Made by a program: the position numbers and the translations under genes. The notes beneath the pieces were generated by a model that was not told the DNA's origin, did not search any database, and saw only the letters and a program-made list of their open reading frames with translations. DNA of 64,000 nt, taken from the NCBI GenBank assembly GCA_023228145.1, contig JALOBU010000001.1, positions 9,463-73,462 on the forward strand, given 5' to 3'. The DNA comes from Bacteroidales bacterium (GTDB taxonomy: Bacteria > Bacteroidota > Bacteroidia > Bacteroidales > CAIWKO01). Below, piece by piece: positions 9,247-18,243 of this stretch (position 1 is the first letter of the stretch; each line of letters opens with the position of its first letter).

Positions 9247-9471
9247 TTACTCTGTTTCGCAAGAAGACTCAACTCCATGCCTATTTGCATCTGCTTTAAC
9301 CATGTCTTTATATTCTTTTATTTTTTTACTTGAGCCGCATTCCTGCGGGTAAGCAACGGTTTGAGTTTGTCCAAGGTATTCGTATTCATAACTACAGGTA
9401 ACACATTTTTTGCATGATGCGAATACAAAAGCTATAAAAACTGTGGCAGAGATTAAAATTATTTTTTTCAT
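9247..9471 (-). CDS. small Cys-rich lipoprotein, unknown function
   Basis: MKKIILISATVFIAFVFASC lipobox. The mature part of about 54 aa has 5 more Cys (KKCVTCSYEY...ECG...SSCETE). Confidence 0.55.
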   Translation of the reverse strand: MKKIILISATVFIAFVFASCKKCVTCSYEYEYLGQTQTVAYPQECGSSKKIKEYKDMVKADANRHGVESSCETE

Positions 9472-9534
9472 GGATGGATGATTTTCTTTTTTTATGCAAA
9501 TATAAATTATTTTTTTTATGCCTTTATAAAAATT

Positions 9535-10521
9535 TTAATATGACTGTAATAAGTTACATCCCCTTGTGTCGCTATGGTCAAATCTGCCTGAAATGGTAAA
9601 ACTTCCGTTATGATGTACTACTCCTAAATCTCCGGTAGCAATAAATGAACATGTGTATATATTGGAAAGATCAATAATATTAACGCCACCGGTTTTTTCT
9701 GCCTGTAAAATAGTAAGGGGGTCATGTGCGTCTCGTATAAAAATTTTCATCCATGGAGGTGGCACAAAAATGCCTTCTCCTGATGAATATGCCTGAGATA
9801 ATAGCTCACACATGCTATATTCAGAATGTGTTTTTTTGATGAAAAATTTATTTTTCAAACACTCATGGACTTCTTCCCGGGTCATTTCTTTTCTTTTTCC
9901 TTTCATGCCGCCGGTTTCAAGGATAATAACGTTTTCAAGTGGTAAAGAATATAATTCGGCAAAATCCATCAACGCGTATGTTATTCCAAACACTATTACA
10001 GTTTTTTTTCTTTTTTTGTTAAGTAGTTTTACCAGAGAGGGTATGTTATTTAGATAGAAGCCGCTTTCGGAGGTTTTTGTTTGTTTAATCAGAAAATCAA
10101 GCATAAATGACAGGGATGATTCGGGGAGGGAAATGTAATCGGGGCATAAAGCTGCAATAATATAATTTTCGGGGGAACCATAAAAATGATTGAAGCATTT
10201 CAGGATAGTTTGCTGATAAAGAGAAATTGAAAAAATCAAATGCCTGCTTCTGTTCCCCGTAGTTGTTCCACTGCTTAAAAATATATGTTCCGGCTTATCA
10301 CGAACACTTGCAACAGATTGTGTTTTGTAAAATTCAATGGGCAAAAAAGGAATGTTTTGATATGAACTAATTTTATGAGTTTCAACTCCAAGAAGATTAA
10401 CAAATTCATGATACACGCCATTATTAGCATATTGAAATTTAAAAACTTCAATAGCGGCATCATTGAAATCAGAATCAGAAAGGATATTGAATATTTTTAA
10501 TTTTGCAGGGAGATTCGTCAT
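9535..10521 (-). CDS. LuxE/PaaK-like acyl-protein synthetase / acyl-adenylate-forming family protein
   Basis: N-terminal FKFQYANNGVYHEFVNLLG...NIPFLPIEFYK, then SSGTTTGNRSRH (AMP-binding-like P-loop) and ETGGMKGKRKEM. This pattern fits the stand-alone LuxE-like proteins of Bacteroidota. Confidence 0.65.
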   Translation of the reverse strand: MTNLPAKLKIFNILSDSDFNDAAIEVFKFQYANNGVYHEFVNLLGVETHKISSYQNIPFLPIEFYKTQSVASVRDKPEHIFLSSGTTTGNRSRHLIFSISLYQQTILKCFNHFYGSPENYIIAALCPDYISLPESSLSFMLDFLIKQTKTSESGFYLNNIPSLVKLLNKKRKKTVIVFGITYALMDFAELYSLPLENVIILETGGMKGKRKEMTREEVHECLKNKFFIKKTHSEYSMCELLSQAYSSGEGIFVPPPWMKIFIRDAHDPLTILQAEKTGGVNIIDLSNIYTCSFIATGDLGVVHHNGSFTISGRFDHSDTRGCNLLQSY

Positions 10522-10566
10522 TAAAAAATTTTTATTAATTTTATAATCAAATTAACAGAATACTTA

Positions 10567-11079
10567 ATGAGATTATACTATTGTTTTGTTATTTTATTAT
10601 TGCTTGCTGGATTGTTTTTCTTATCTGGTTGTATAAAAGAAGAAGAGTTCCCTCCCGAACCTTATATTGAATTTATCGGCCTGGCAAAAATACAAAACGC
10701 AAACAACATAGACGACAAAGGTATTTTAAAAATATCATTTACGGATGGTGATGGAGATATGGGCTTGGCCGATAACGACACCATGCAACCATTTGACAAA
10801 TCAAGTATTTATTATTATAATTTTTTTATCAAGTATTTTGAAAAACAGCATGGACAATTTGTGGAAGTGCCACCGGCCGTTACTTTTAATTCCAGAATTC
10901 CAGAACTTAAATCTAACAACATAAACGGAGCGATAAAAGGTGAAATAGAAATTGAATTATTTATTAATAATCCTTTTTCGCCTTACGATACTGTCCGGTT
11001 TGAGGCATATATTGTTGACCGTGCGTTGCATCACAGCAACACTATTACAACCAATGAGTTAATTGTTAAAAAACACTGA
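10567..11079 (+). CDS. hypothetical lipoprotein
   Basis: Signal peptide with lipobox (FFLSGC). DGDGDMG acidic motif. No family recognised. Confidence 0.5.
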   Translation: MRLYYCFVILLLLAGLFFLSGCIKEEEFPPEPYIEFIGLAKIQNANNIDDKGILKISFTDGDGDMGLADNDTMQPFDKSSIYYYNFFIKYFEKQHGQFVEVPPAVTFNSRIPELKSNNINGAIKGEIEIELFINNPFSPYDTVRFEAYIVDRALHHSNTITTNELIVKKH

Positions 11080-11081
11080 TT

Positions 11082-11525
11082 TTATCGTGTTTTATGTATG
11101 GTGTAAGTTACAACACCCCATACGGAAACATCCATACTTTCATTTATCTCCAAGGGCTTGAAGTCGGGGTTTTCCGGCATTAAATAGAGTTTGTTATTTT
11201 CTTTAGTCAGGCGTTTTACGGTAAATTCTCCATTCACAACACCTATCACAATTTTATTGTCAGAAGGTTCAATAGAACGATCAACAACAAGAATATCCCC
11301 GTCAAAAATGCCGGCATTTTTCATAGAATGTCCGCTGACTTTAATAAAAAATGTTGCTGATGGGTTTTTTATCAGGTACTCATTCAGGTCAAGTTTTTTT
11401 TCGATAAAATCTTCTGCGGGAGATGGAAATCCGGCAGAAATTTTTGTGCTAAAAAAAGGAAGCTCGGTTTTATTTCCCTGAGCAGGCTTAAAGATTTCAA
11501 GCTTGATTGGCTGCTCTTTTTTCAT
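11082..11525 (-). CDS. umuD: UmuD-like S24 self-cleaving peptidase (Pol V accessory subunit type; no HTH domain)
   Basis: FFSTKISAGFPSPAEDF...LIKNPSATFFIKVSGHSMKNAGIFDGDILVVDRS...GEFTVKRL is collinear with E. coli UmuD. This includes the cleavage-site context (AG), the Ser in GHSM and the Lys in VKRL. Confidence 0.9.
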   Translation of the reverse strand: MKKEQPIKLEIFKPAQGNKTELPFFSTKISAGFPSPAEDFIEKKLDLNEYLIKNPSATFFIKVSGHSMKNAGIFDGDILVVDRSIEPSDNKIVIGVVNGEFTVKRLTKENNKLYLMPENPDFKPLEINESMDVSVWGVVTYTIHKTR

Positions 11526-11529
11526 TTCA

Positions 11530-13308
11530 TTATTCCTCTGAAAACTGTTTTAATAATTTTCTGTATTCCGAAAAAACATTTGCTCTTGATACGAAACCAA
11601 CATATTTGCCATCGTTTACCACTGGTATATTATAGTTGTCTGTTTTTTCAAATTTTTTTGCAATTTCTTCCATGGATTCGTCCGGGCTGACAGTAGGTGA
11701 GGGCATAAACATTAAATCCCGAACTATAAGCTTTCCATATAATTCTTGCTTGAAGACAACATTTCTGATATCGTTAAGGAAAACAATGCCTAAAAGATTA
11801 TTTTCATTGTCAACAACAGGAAAAATATTACGTTCCGAACGGGCAATCACTTTTACCAGTTCTCCGAGGTAATTATCCGGGGAAACAGTAAGGAAATTAG
11901 TTTCAATTAGTTTGTCAATTTTCATCAGTGTCAGCACTGCTTTGTCTTTGTCGTGTGTAATGAGTTCGCCTTTTTCGGCAAGTTGTATAGCGTCAACAGA
12001 GTATGGGAAAAAGTATTTAACAGTAATATACGAGATGGAGGCAGTAATTATCAAAGGGACCATCATATTATACCCATTAGTGATTTCTGCTATAAGGAAA
12101 ATTCCTGTCAGAGGTGCGTGCATAACACCTGCCAGTAAACCGGTCATGCCTGCCAGGGAAAAATTTATTTGTGGAAGATTGGAAATATTAAAATAAGTTA
12201 TGATGCTTGTAAATAAATACCCACTTACTGCCCCAAGAAAAAGTACAGGACCAAAAATACCCCCCACACCTCCCACACTGAAGGTAATAGATGTTGCCAC
12301 AGCTTTAAAAAGGATTATTCCAAAAAGTAATATAATTATGATGATAATATTATGTTGGTATCCAGAGAAGAAACTGTTATTGAATATAAAATCCTGTTTT
12401 CCGTTCAGGCAGGAGTTAATGTGATGATAACCTTCTCCGTATAGTGATGGAAAGATTAATATAAGTCCTCCCAGTATAGTGCCTCCTGCAATTAGCTTCC
12501 AATAGGAATTTTTTATTTTAATAAAAAACTTATCAGACAGTAATAGAATCCTGGATAAATAGACCGATACCAATCCGCAAAAAATGCCCAGTAGTGCAAA
12601 AAAGGGCAGGTCGGCAAATTTAAAATTTTCAATATGTTCAACAAGATAAATTACGTTTGTCCCAAGAAAAAAATAAGATGTCAATGTTCCTGTAACTGAA
12701 GCAATCAACAATGGGAGTAAAGATGCCATGGAAAGGTCTATCATTAAAATTTCAAGTGAAAAAAGCACACCGGCTATGGGAGCTTTGAACAATCCAGCTA
12801 TTGCACCTGATGCACCACATGCAATCAGCAGTATGATGTGTTTGTATTTGAGCCCCATCCATCTTCCGGTATTTGAGCCTATGGCTGCCCCGTTGTTCAC
12901 GGCAGGCCCCTCCATTCCTACCGAACCTCCAAAGCCTAAGGTGATAGAGCTTAGTATGGCGGGCGCGAAAAGGTTTTTAAACGAAATAAATCCGTTTTGT
13001 TTTGATATGGCTTCAAGAATACCGGGGATACTATAACTTAGTTTCTGTTTTATTAAATATTTTTTTATTAAAATAACTATTAATATACCAAACAAAGGAA
13101 AAAAGACATATAAATAATTGGGGCCATCTTTGTTGGGGTTTAACGTGATTATATTTTCAATAAAATAAATCATGTTTTTTATAAAAACTGCGACGAGGCC
13201 GGATATAAAACCGCAAACGATGCTGAGAAAAATCACAAACTGCCGGTCGCTGATATGTTTAAGCCGCCAAATAAGAAGTTTGTAAAAAAGTCGTTTGCCG
13301 GAAATCAT
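11530..13308 (-). CDS. ClC-family voltage-gated chloride channel/antiporter with C-terminal CBS pair
   Basis: About 10 or more TM helices. GGSVGMEGP and GIFGP selectivity-filter-like motifs. Two CBS-like modules in the C-terminal 140 aa. Confidence 0.85.
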   Translation of the reverse strand: MISGKRLFYKLLIWRLKHISDRQFVIFLSIVCGFISGLVAVFIKNMIYFIENIITLNPNKDGPNYLYVFFPLFGILIVILIKKYLIKQKLSYSIPGILEAISKQNGFISFKNLFAPAILSSITLGFGGSVGMEGPAVNNGAAIGSNTGRWMGLKYKHIILLIACGASGAIAGLFKAPIAGVLFSLEILMIDLSMASLLPLLIASVTGTLTSYFFLGTNVIYLVEHIENFKFADLPFFALLGIFCGLVSVYLSRILLLSDKFFIKIKNSYWKLIAGGTILGGLILIFPSLYGEGYHHINSCLNGKQDFIFNNSFFSGYQHNIIIIIILLFGIILFKAVATSITFSVGGVGGIFGPVLFLGAVSGYLFTSIITYFNISNLPQINFSLAGMTGLLAGVMHAPLTGIFLIAEITNGYNMMVPLIITASISYITVKYFFPYSVDAIQLAEKGELITHDKDKAVLTLMKIDKLIETNFLTVSPDNYLGELVKVIARSERNIFPVVDNENNLLGIVFLNDIRNVVFKQELYGKLIVRDLMFMPSPTVSPDESMEEIAKKFEKTDNYNIPVVNDGKYVGFVSRANVFSEYRKLLKQFSEE

Positions 13309-13342
13309 GAAATTTTAGTTTAACAGGCAAAAATACATTTTT

Positions 13343-14109
13343 TCAACAAGAATATGATGTGGAAGTTGGTTCTGAAGGGTTTAATTGTTTGTAAGCAATC
13401 TCTGCAGCATTTTGCTCGGCTTCCTTTATTGAAAATCCATATGCTTTTGAGATTTTTTGATTGTCATAAAATACTTCGACAGTGTATTGTTTTTGATAGC
13501 CCTTGCCTGATTCTTCTACGACAACGAATTCTAAAGGTTTTTTTTCTTTTTGTGCGAGTTCCAGTAATGTACTTTTATAACTAAATTCAAATTTCTCAAG
13601 TGCTTCAATATCAATATGACATTTGATGATTCTGGAGGTAATAATTTTTTTTGTAAACAGATATCCTTTATCTAAGTATATGGCTCCAATAACTGCTTCA
13701 AAAGTATCGCCATGAATAGAGCGATATACATTGCCATTTTCTTGGTTTGCAAGAATTAATTTATTAAATCCAAGTTTTTGAGAGAGTTTATTGAGTTGTG
13801 AACGGCTTACAATTTTTGATCGCATTTCGGTAAGGAACCCCTCGTCTTTAAGCGGATATTTGTGGAAAAGAAAATCTGCAATGACCGAACTTAAGACAGC
13901 ATCTCCAAGATATTCTAATCGTTCATTGGAACTTCTAAACCCATTTATGATTTCGGGGGCAGCAGAACGGTGTAAAAAAGCAAGACGGTATAAACTAATA
14001 TTTCCTGGATTAAAACCAAGAATATTTTTTAATGCCCGAGATAATTCTTTATCGGTAAGCGTGGCAGAAAGAGGTTATGAAATGTATTTTTTAAATATAA
14101 TTGTCGCAT
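13343..14109 (-). CDS. rnc: ribonuclease III, apparently frameshifted near codon 18-21
   Basis: The RNase III signature NERLEYLGDAVL and the dsRBD are in the frame ending at 13343. That frame runs back to the fabF stop (14075-14077) without any ATG, GTG or TTG before Met 13825. An ATG at 14109 in the other frame encodes MRQLYLKNTFHNLFLPRLPIKNYLGH*, which resembles Bacteroidota Rnc N-termini. Joining the two needs a -1 shift. Confidence 0.8.
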
Positions 14110-15328
14110 TATGCCCGCCAAATCCAAAAGTGTTGCACATACCGGTCCTAATTATTTTGTGTTGCTTCTGATGGAAGGTAAAATTAAGGCGGTTGTCAAT
14201 CTCCGGGTCATCAGTGAAGTGGTTAATGGTAGGACTTACAACATCATTTTTAATTGACATAACCGTAGCAATGGATTCTATTGCACCGGCAGCCCCAAGC
14301 AGATGGCCGGTCATGGATTTACTGGAGCTGAGATTTAACTTATAAGCATGTTCGCCGAAAGCTCTTATAATTGCTTTACATTCTGAAATATCTCCAAGAG
14401 GAGTTGATGTTCCATGAGTATTAATATAATCAATTTCTTCGGGAGTCATTCCCGCATCTTCCAGGGCATTTTTCATTACTTTTTCTGCCCCAAATCCTTC
14501 AGGATGAGGCTGAGTAATGTGATAAGCATCGGCTGACAATCCTGCACCGGCTAATTCACAATATATTTGGGCACCTCTGTTTAACGCATGTTCAAGTTCT
14601 TCAAGAACAAGAGCAGCACCACCTTCTCCCAGAACAAAACCATCGCGGTCTTTATCGAAGGGCCGAGAAGCAGTGGCGGGGTCATCATTACGGGTTGAAA
14701 TCGCATGCATAGCATTAAAACCTCCAATGCCGCAGACTCCAATGGCTGCTTCTGAGCCGCCGGATATCATAATACTGGCTTTTCCCAGCCGAATGTAATT
14801 GTATGCATCAATAATTGCATTGCTGGAGGATGCACAGGCAGAAGTAGTGGTGAAGTTGGGCCCCCTGAAGCCATATTGAATTGAAATACGGCCACCGGCA
14901 ATATCAGATATCATTTTAGGGATGAAAAAAGGACTGAAACGGGGCGTGCCATCACCATGTAAAAATCCTGTCATTTCTTCCATAAAAGTATCAAGACCCC
15001 CGATTCCCGATGACCATATAACTCCTGCTTTATCCAAATCAATTAAAGAGGTATCAATTTTTGAATCAGCCATAGCTTCTTGTGCCGAAACCAAAGCATA
15101 TTGAGTAAATAAGTCTATCTTTCGTGTTTCTTTACGGTCAAAAAAATTATTTGGATCGTAATTTTTTACTTCGCAAGCAAATTTTGTTTTAAATTTTGAA
15201 GTATCAAAACGAGTAATTGGTGCTGAACCACTTACGCCATTAAGCAAGGACTCCCAAAAATTGCGAAGGTTGTTGCCAATAGGGGTAATAGCACCCAGTC
15301 CGGTAACTACAACCCGTTTTAAGTCCAT
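14075..15328 (-). CDS. fabF: 3-oxoacyl-ACP synthase II
   Basis: MDLKRVVVTGLGAITPIGN..., active-site ACASS, HGTSTPLGD, and C-terminal GFGGHNATIIFKKY. The start is placed at the Met 10 nt after the acpP stop, not at the longer ORF. Confidence 0.93.
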   Translation of the reverse strand: MDLKRVVVTGLGAITPIGNNLRNFWESLLNGVSGSAPITRFDTSKFKTKFACEVKNYDPNNFFDRKETRKIDLFTQYALVSAQEAMADSKIDTSLIDLDKAGVIWSSGIGGLDTFMEEMTGFLHGDGTPRFSPFFIPKMISDIAGGRISIQYGFRGPNFTTTSACASSSNAIIDAYNYIRLGKASIMISGGSEAAIGVCGIGGFNAMHAISTRNDDPATASRPFDKDRDGFVLGEGGAALVLEELEHALNRGAQIYCELAGAGLSADAYHITQPHPEGFGAEKVMKNALEDAGMTPEEIDYINTHGTSTPLGDISECKAIIRAFGEHAYKLNLSSSKSMTGHLLGAAGAIESIATVMSIKNDVVSPTINHFTDDPEIDNRLNFTFHQKQHKIIRTGMCNTFGFGGHNATIIFKKYIS

Positions 15329-15338
15329 GTACTGAAAA

Positions 15339-15575
15339 TTACTTTGTATTGTTTTCAATATATTTTATGGCATCGCCAACTGTACTGATTTTTTCAGCCT
15401 CTTCATCAGGAATTGCTAAATTGAATTCTTTTTCAAATTCCATAATTAATTCCACAGTATCAAGAGAGTCTGCACCCAAGTCATTGGTAAAACTTGCTTC
15501 GGGTACAACTTGATTTTCGTCAACACCTAATTTGTCAACTATAATAGCTTTTACTCTCGTTGTAATGTCTGACAT
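15339..15575 (-). CDS. acpP: acyl carrier protein
   Basis: 78 aa from [18 protein letters not shown]... with the phosphopantetheine site [13 protein letters not shown]. Confidence 0.93.
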   Translation of the reverse strand: MSDITTRVKAIIVDKLGVDENQVVPEASFTNDLGADSLDTVELIMEFEKEFNLAIPDEEAEKISTVGDAIKYIENNTK

Positions 15576-15631
15576 AACTATAATTTTTATATTAAACAAA
15601 GCCGCAAAGAAATATATTTATTCAGACATGG

Positions 15632-15639
15632 CAAAGTTA
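15632..15639 (-). promoter_or_regulatory. candidate -7 box (TAACTTTG on the minus strand)
   Basis: Plus-strand CAAAGTTA, 57 nt upstream of the acpP ATG 15575. Confidence 0.35.
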
Positions 15640-15771
15640 TTTTCTTGTGTTTTTTATAAACAAACACATAAGTTAAAGATAATCAGCAACATAGCAAAGG
15701 AGTTGAAAGACTTTTTTAACAAAATTTAAGAAATTATTATGGTATAATGAGATTATTTGTCTCGTTATTAG

Positions 15772-16206
15772 TTATTTACTTCCGGTATGGCCAAAACCTC
15801 CAATGCCTCTTTCCGATTCCTGTAATGAATCTACTTCTGACCATTCAGCTTTTTCGTGCTTAGAAAGAATCATCTGGGCTATTCTTTCCCCATCATTGAT
15901 TAAAAAATCTTCTGATGAAAGGTTTACGAGAATAACCATAATTTCTCCACGGTAATCTGCATCAATAGTTCCTGGAGTATTAAGAACAGTGACCCCCTTT
16001 TTTATTGCCAACCCGCTTCGCGGTCTTACCTGTGCCTCATAACCCAAAGGTAATTCGATAAATAGTCCTGTAGGAATTAGAGTGCGCTGTAATGATTTTA
16101 ATAGTATAGGAGCTACTAAATTTGCCCTCAGGTCCATGCCTGCAGAGGCATTGGTTTCATATTTGGGCAGTGCATGCTTCGATTTGTTTACAATTTTTAC
16201 AATCAT
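15772..16206 (-). CDS. dut: dUTP diphosphatase
   Basis: [30 protein letters not shown] and C-terminal [10 protein letters not shown]. 144 aa. Confidence 0.93.
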   Translation of the reverse strand: MIVKIVNKSKHALPKYETNASAGMDLRANLVAPILLKSLQRTLIPTGLFIELPLGYEAQVRPRSGLAIKKGVTVLNTPGTIDADYRGEIMVILVNLSSEDFLINDGERIAQMILSKHEKAEWSEVDSLQESERGIGGFGHTGSK

Positions 16207-17711
16207 GAATTATTAATAAGATTGGATAATTTTGGTTTTTCAATTAACAGTACAAGAATGATGAATGAAAGCAAAAACATTGAATTAATTATAAAATGCA
16301 ACCATTGAGATACTGCAGGTACGAATGTGCTGACGTAATATAAAGCAATGGGAATAGAAATATATAAAAAGATACGCTTGATATTATAGTTAACATGGTA
16401 ATGTTTTTGACCGATAAAATATGATGCTATCATCATAGACAAATAGCAAGCAAATGTTGCCCAGGCAGAGCCTAAATAACCTATAAATGGTATCAATAAA
16501 AAGTTTAAAGCCAATGTTATTATGGCTCCAAAAATTGACAGGTATGCCCCATAATGTGTTTTGTCGGTCAGTTTATACCAAATAGATAAATTGTAAAAAA
16601 TACCTAAAAACATATTGGCAAGCAACAAAATAGGAACAATAGTTAACCCTTCGAAATATTTTTCGCCTATGAAGTATTTTACAACATCTATGTATAACAT
16701 GATTATCAGAAAAATTAAAGAACAGAGTATGACAAAATATTTCATAACATCTGCGTATAATACCTTAGCATTTGATTCTTTTGCCTGTGAAAAGAAAAAA
16801 GGCTCGGCTGCATATTTAAATGCCTGTATCACTATGGTCATCATGATGGAGATTTTGTAACAGGCAGAATAAATTCCAACCTGAGACATAGCAATATCTG
16901 AAGGTGATAGATATTTAAGCAATATGCGGTCAATGGTTTCGTTGACGATACCTGCAAGTCCAAAAATCAATAAAGGGAGGGCATATTTTATCATTTTTTT
17001 CCATATCTCTTTACTGAAATGCAACTTGCTTAACGGAACGATAATCCAAAGTAAAAATAATGTTATTCCGCTTGCAACAAGGTTTGCAATGAAAATATAT
17101 CCTACTCCTATTGATGGGTTATAAATTACGGAAGTAAATCCCTGCAAGATGCCGTTTTTTACCCAGTAAGGACATAAAAGCAAAAAAAACAAATTTAAAA
17201 CTACGTAAATACTGATGTTGAAAATTTTGACAAAAGCAAAAACTTTCGGGCGATTTATGGCTCTAAGTTTGGCGAATGGGATAGAGCAAATCGCATCAAA
17301 AGCAATGATGAGTGCAAACCAAATAACATATTCGCTGTTGTTAGGATACCGGATACTGTTTGCTATGGGTTTTGCCAGAAATATAGCAGCAAGGATAAAA
17401 ATGGTAGAAGTGATAATCAGAGAAAGTAAAGTTGTATTATAAACCTTTTCTCTATCTGAATTATTTTTTTCATAATACCTGAAAAAAGCCGTTTCCATGC
17501 CATAAGTAAGGAGAACTATCAACAGGGAAACATAAGCATACATTTCACCGACTATGCCGTAATCGGGTGGTGAAAAAATTCGTGTGTGGATTGGAACCAT
17601 TAAATAATTCATCAGGCGCGCCATAATGGTGCTGACACCATATATTGCAGTTTGCCCGGCTAAACGTTTTATTGGATTCAATTGTTTTTCTGCAAAAATA
17701 ATAAAACGCAA
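16203..17711 (-). CDS. MOP-superfamily polysaccharide/oligosaccharide flippase (Wzx/MurJ-like)
   Basis: About 14 TM helices. N-terminal block [35 protein letters not shown]. The stop overlaps the dut ATG (ATGA). The maximal ORF starts at TTG 17711, and TTG 17681 (giving [10 protein letters not shown]...) is an equally plausible start. Confidence 0.75.
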   Translation of the reverse strand: MRFIIFAEKQLNPIKRLAGQTAIYGVSTIMARLMNYLMVPIHTRIFSPPDYGIVGEMYAYVSLLIVLLTYGMETAFFRYYEKNNSDREKVYNTTLLSLIITSTIFILAAIFLAKPIANSIRYPNNSEYVIWFALIIAFDAICSIPFAKLRAINRPKVFAFVKIFNISIYVVLNLFFLLLCPYWVKNGILQGFTSVIYNPSIGVGYIFIANLVASGITLFLLWIIVPLSKLHFSKEIWKKMIKYALPLLIFGLAGIVNETIDRILLKYLSPSDIAMSQVGIYSACYKISIMMTIVIQAFKYAAEPFFFSQAKESNAKVLYADVMKYFVILCSLIFLIIMLYIDVVKYFIGEKYFEGLTIVPILLLANMFLGIFYNLSIWYKLTDKTHYGAYLSIFGAIITLALNFLLIPFIGYLGSAWATFACYLSMMIASYFIGQKHYHVNYNIKRIFLYISIPIALYYVSTFVPAVSQWLHFIINSMFLLSFIILVLLIEKPKLSNLINNS

Positions 17712-17760
17712 CTTACATCATAAAATTATTTCCGCATCGTTAATATTGTAATATAAATCG

Positions 17761-18243
17761 ATGATGAAAATTAAACTGATTATAACGGTATTGCTTCCGT
17801 TTGTTTTTGTATCGGTAAGTAGCGCTCAGATTCCTGAAGTTAACAAATCAATAATCAAATACGTGAACAGTGTTATCGGATTTAAAGTGAACAGGGGCGA
17901 ATGCTGGGACCTGGCTAAGGAAGCTCTGGAACAAAACAACTGTGATTGGGATGGAGGTTATAAATTCGGGAAGAAAATTAATCCCAAAACCGATAGTATT
18001 TTTCCGGGAGATATTATACAGTTTTCAGGCGTTAAATTAAAGTTTATAAAAGATGGATTGTTGTATAATGAAAATTATAATCATCATACAGCAATAATTT
18101 ATTGTGTGAAAGGAAAAAATATTTTTAAAATTGCTCACCAGAACAATGCTTTTTCAGGGAAAAAAGTAGGAATAAGTGAAATAAACCTTGATAATAAGAA
18201 AAGCGGAACTATTGATTTTTTTAGGCCCGTTGTAAAAAACTAA
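17761..18243 (+). CDS. secreted hypothetical protein, possible CHAP/NlpC-P60-like Cys-His hydrolase
   Basis: Signal peptide. A Cys in GECWDLAKEAL, then PGDIIQF and NHHTAIIY, which resembles the Cys...His order of the CHAP fold. The call is weak. Confidence 0.35.
   Translation: MMKIKLIITVLLPFVFVSVSSAQIPEVNKSIIKYVNSVIGFKVNRGECWDLAKEALEQNNCDWDGGYKFGKKINPKTDSIFPGDIIQFSGVKLKFIKDGLLYNENYNHHTAIIYCVKGKNIFKIAHQNNAFSGKKVGISEINLDNKKSGTIDFFRPVVKN

Noticed and set aside
9535-10521. LuxE homologue as part of a bioluminescence (lux) operon
   Set aside because: No luxA/B/C/D genes are present. Only the acyl-adenylate-forming fold is shared.
14075-14077. fabF TAA read-through or a reassigned stop codon producing a FabF-Rnc fusion, because rnc continues in the fabF frame
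   Set aside because: Every other gene in the window ends normally under the standard code. FabF already ends at its canonical ...GFGGHNATIIFKKY C-terminus. An Rnc-like N-terminus with an ATG exists in the other frame, so a 1-nt frame change is the simpler explanation.
13791-14171. 126-aa plus-strand ORF across the rnc/fabF junction
   Set aside because: It is antisense to two well-supported genes and has no recognisable features.
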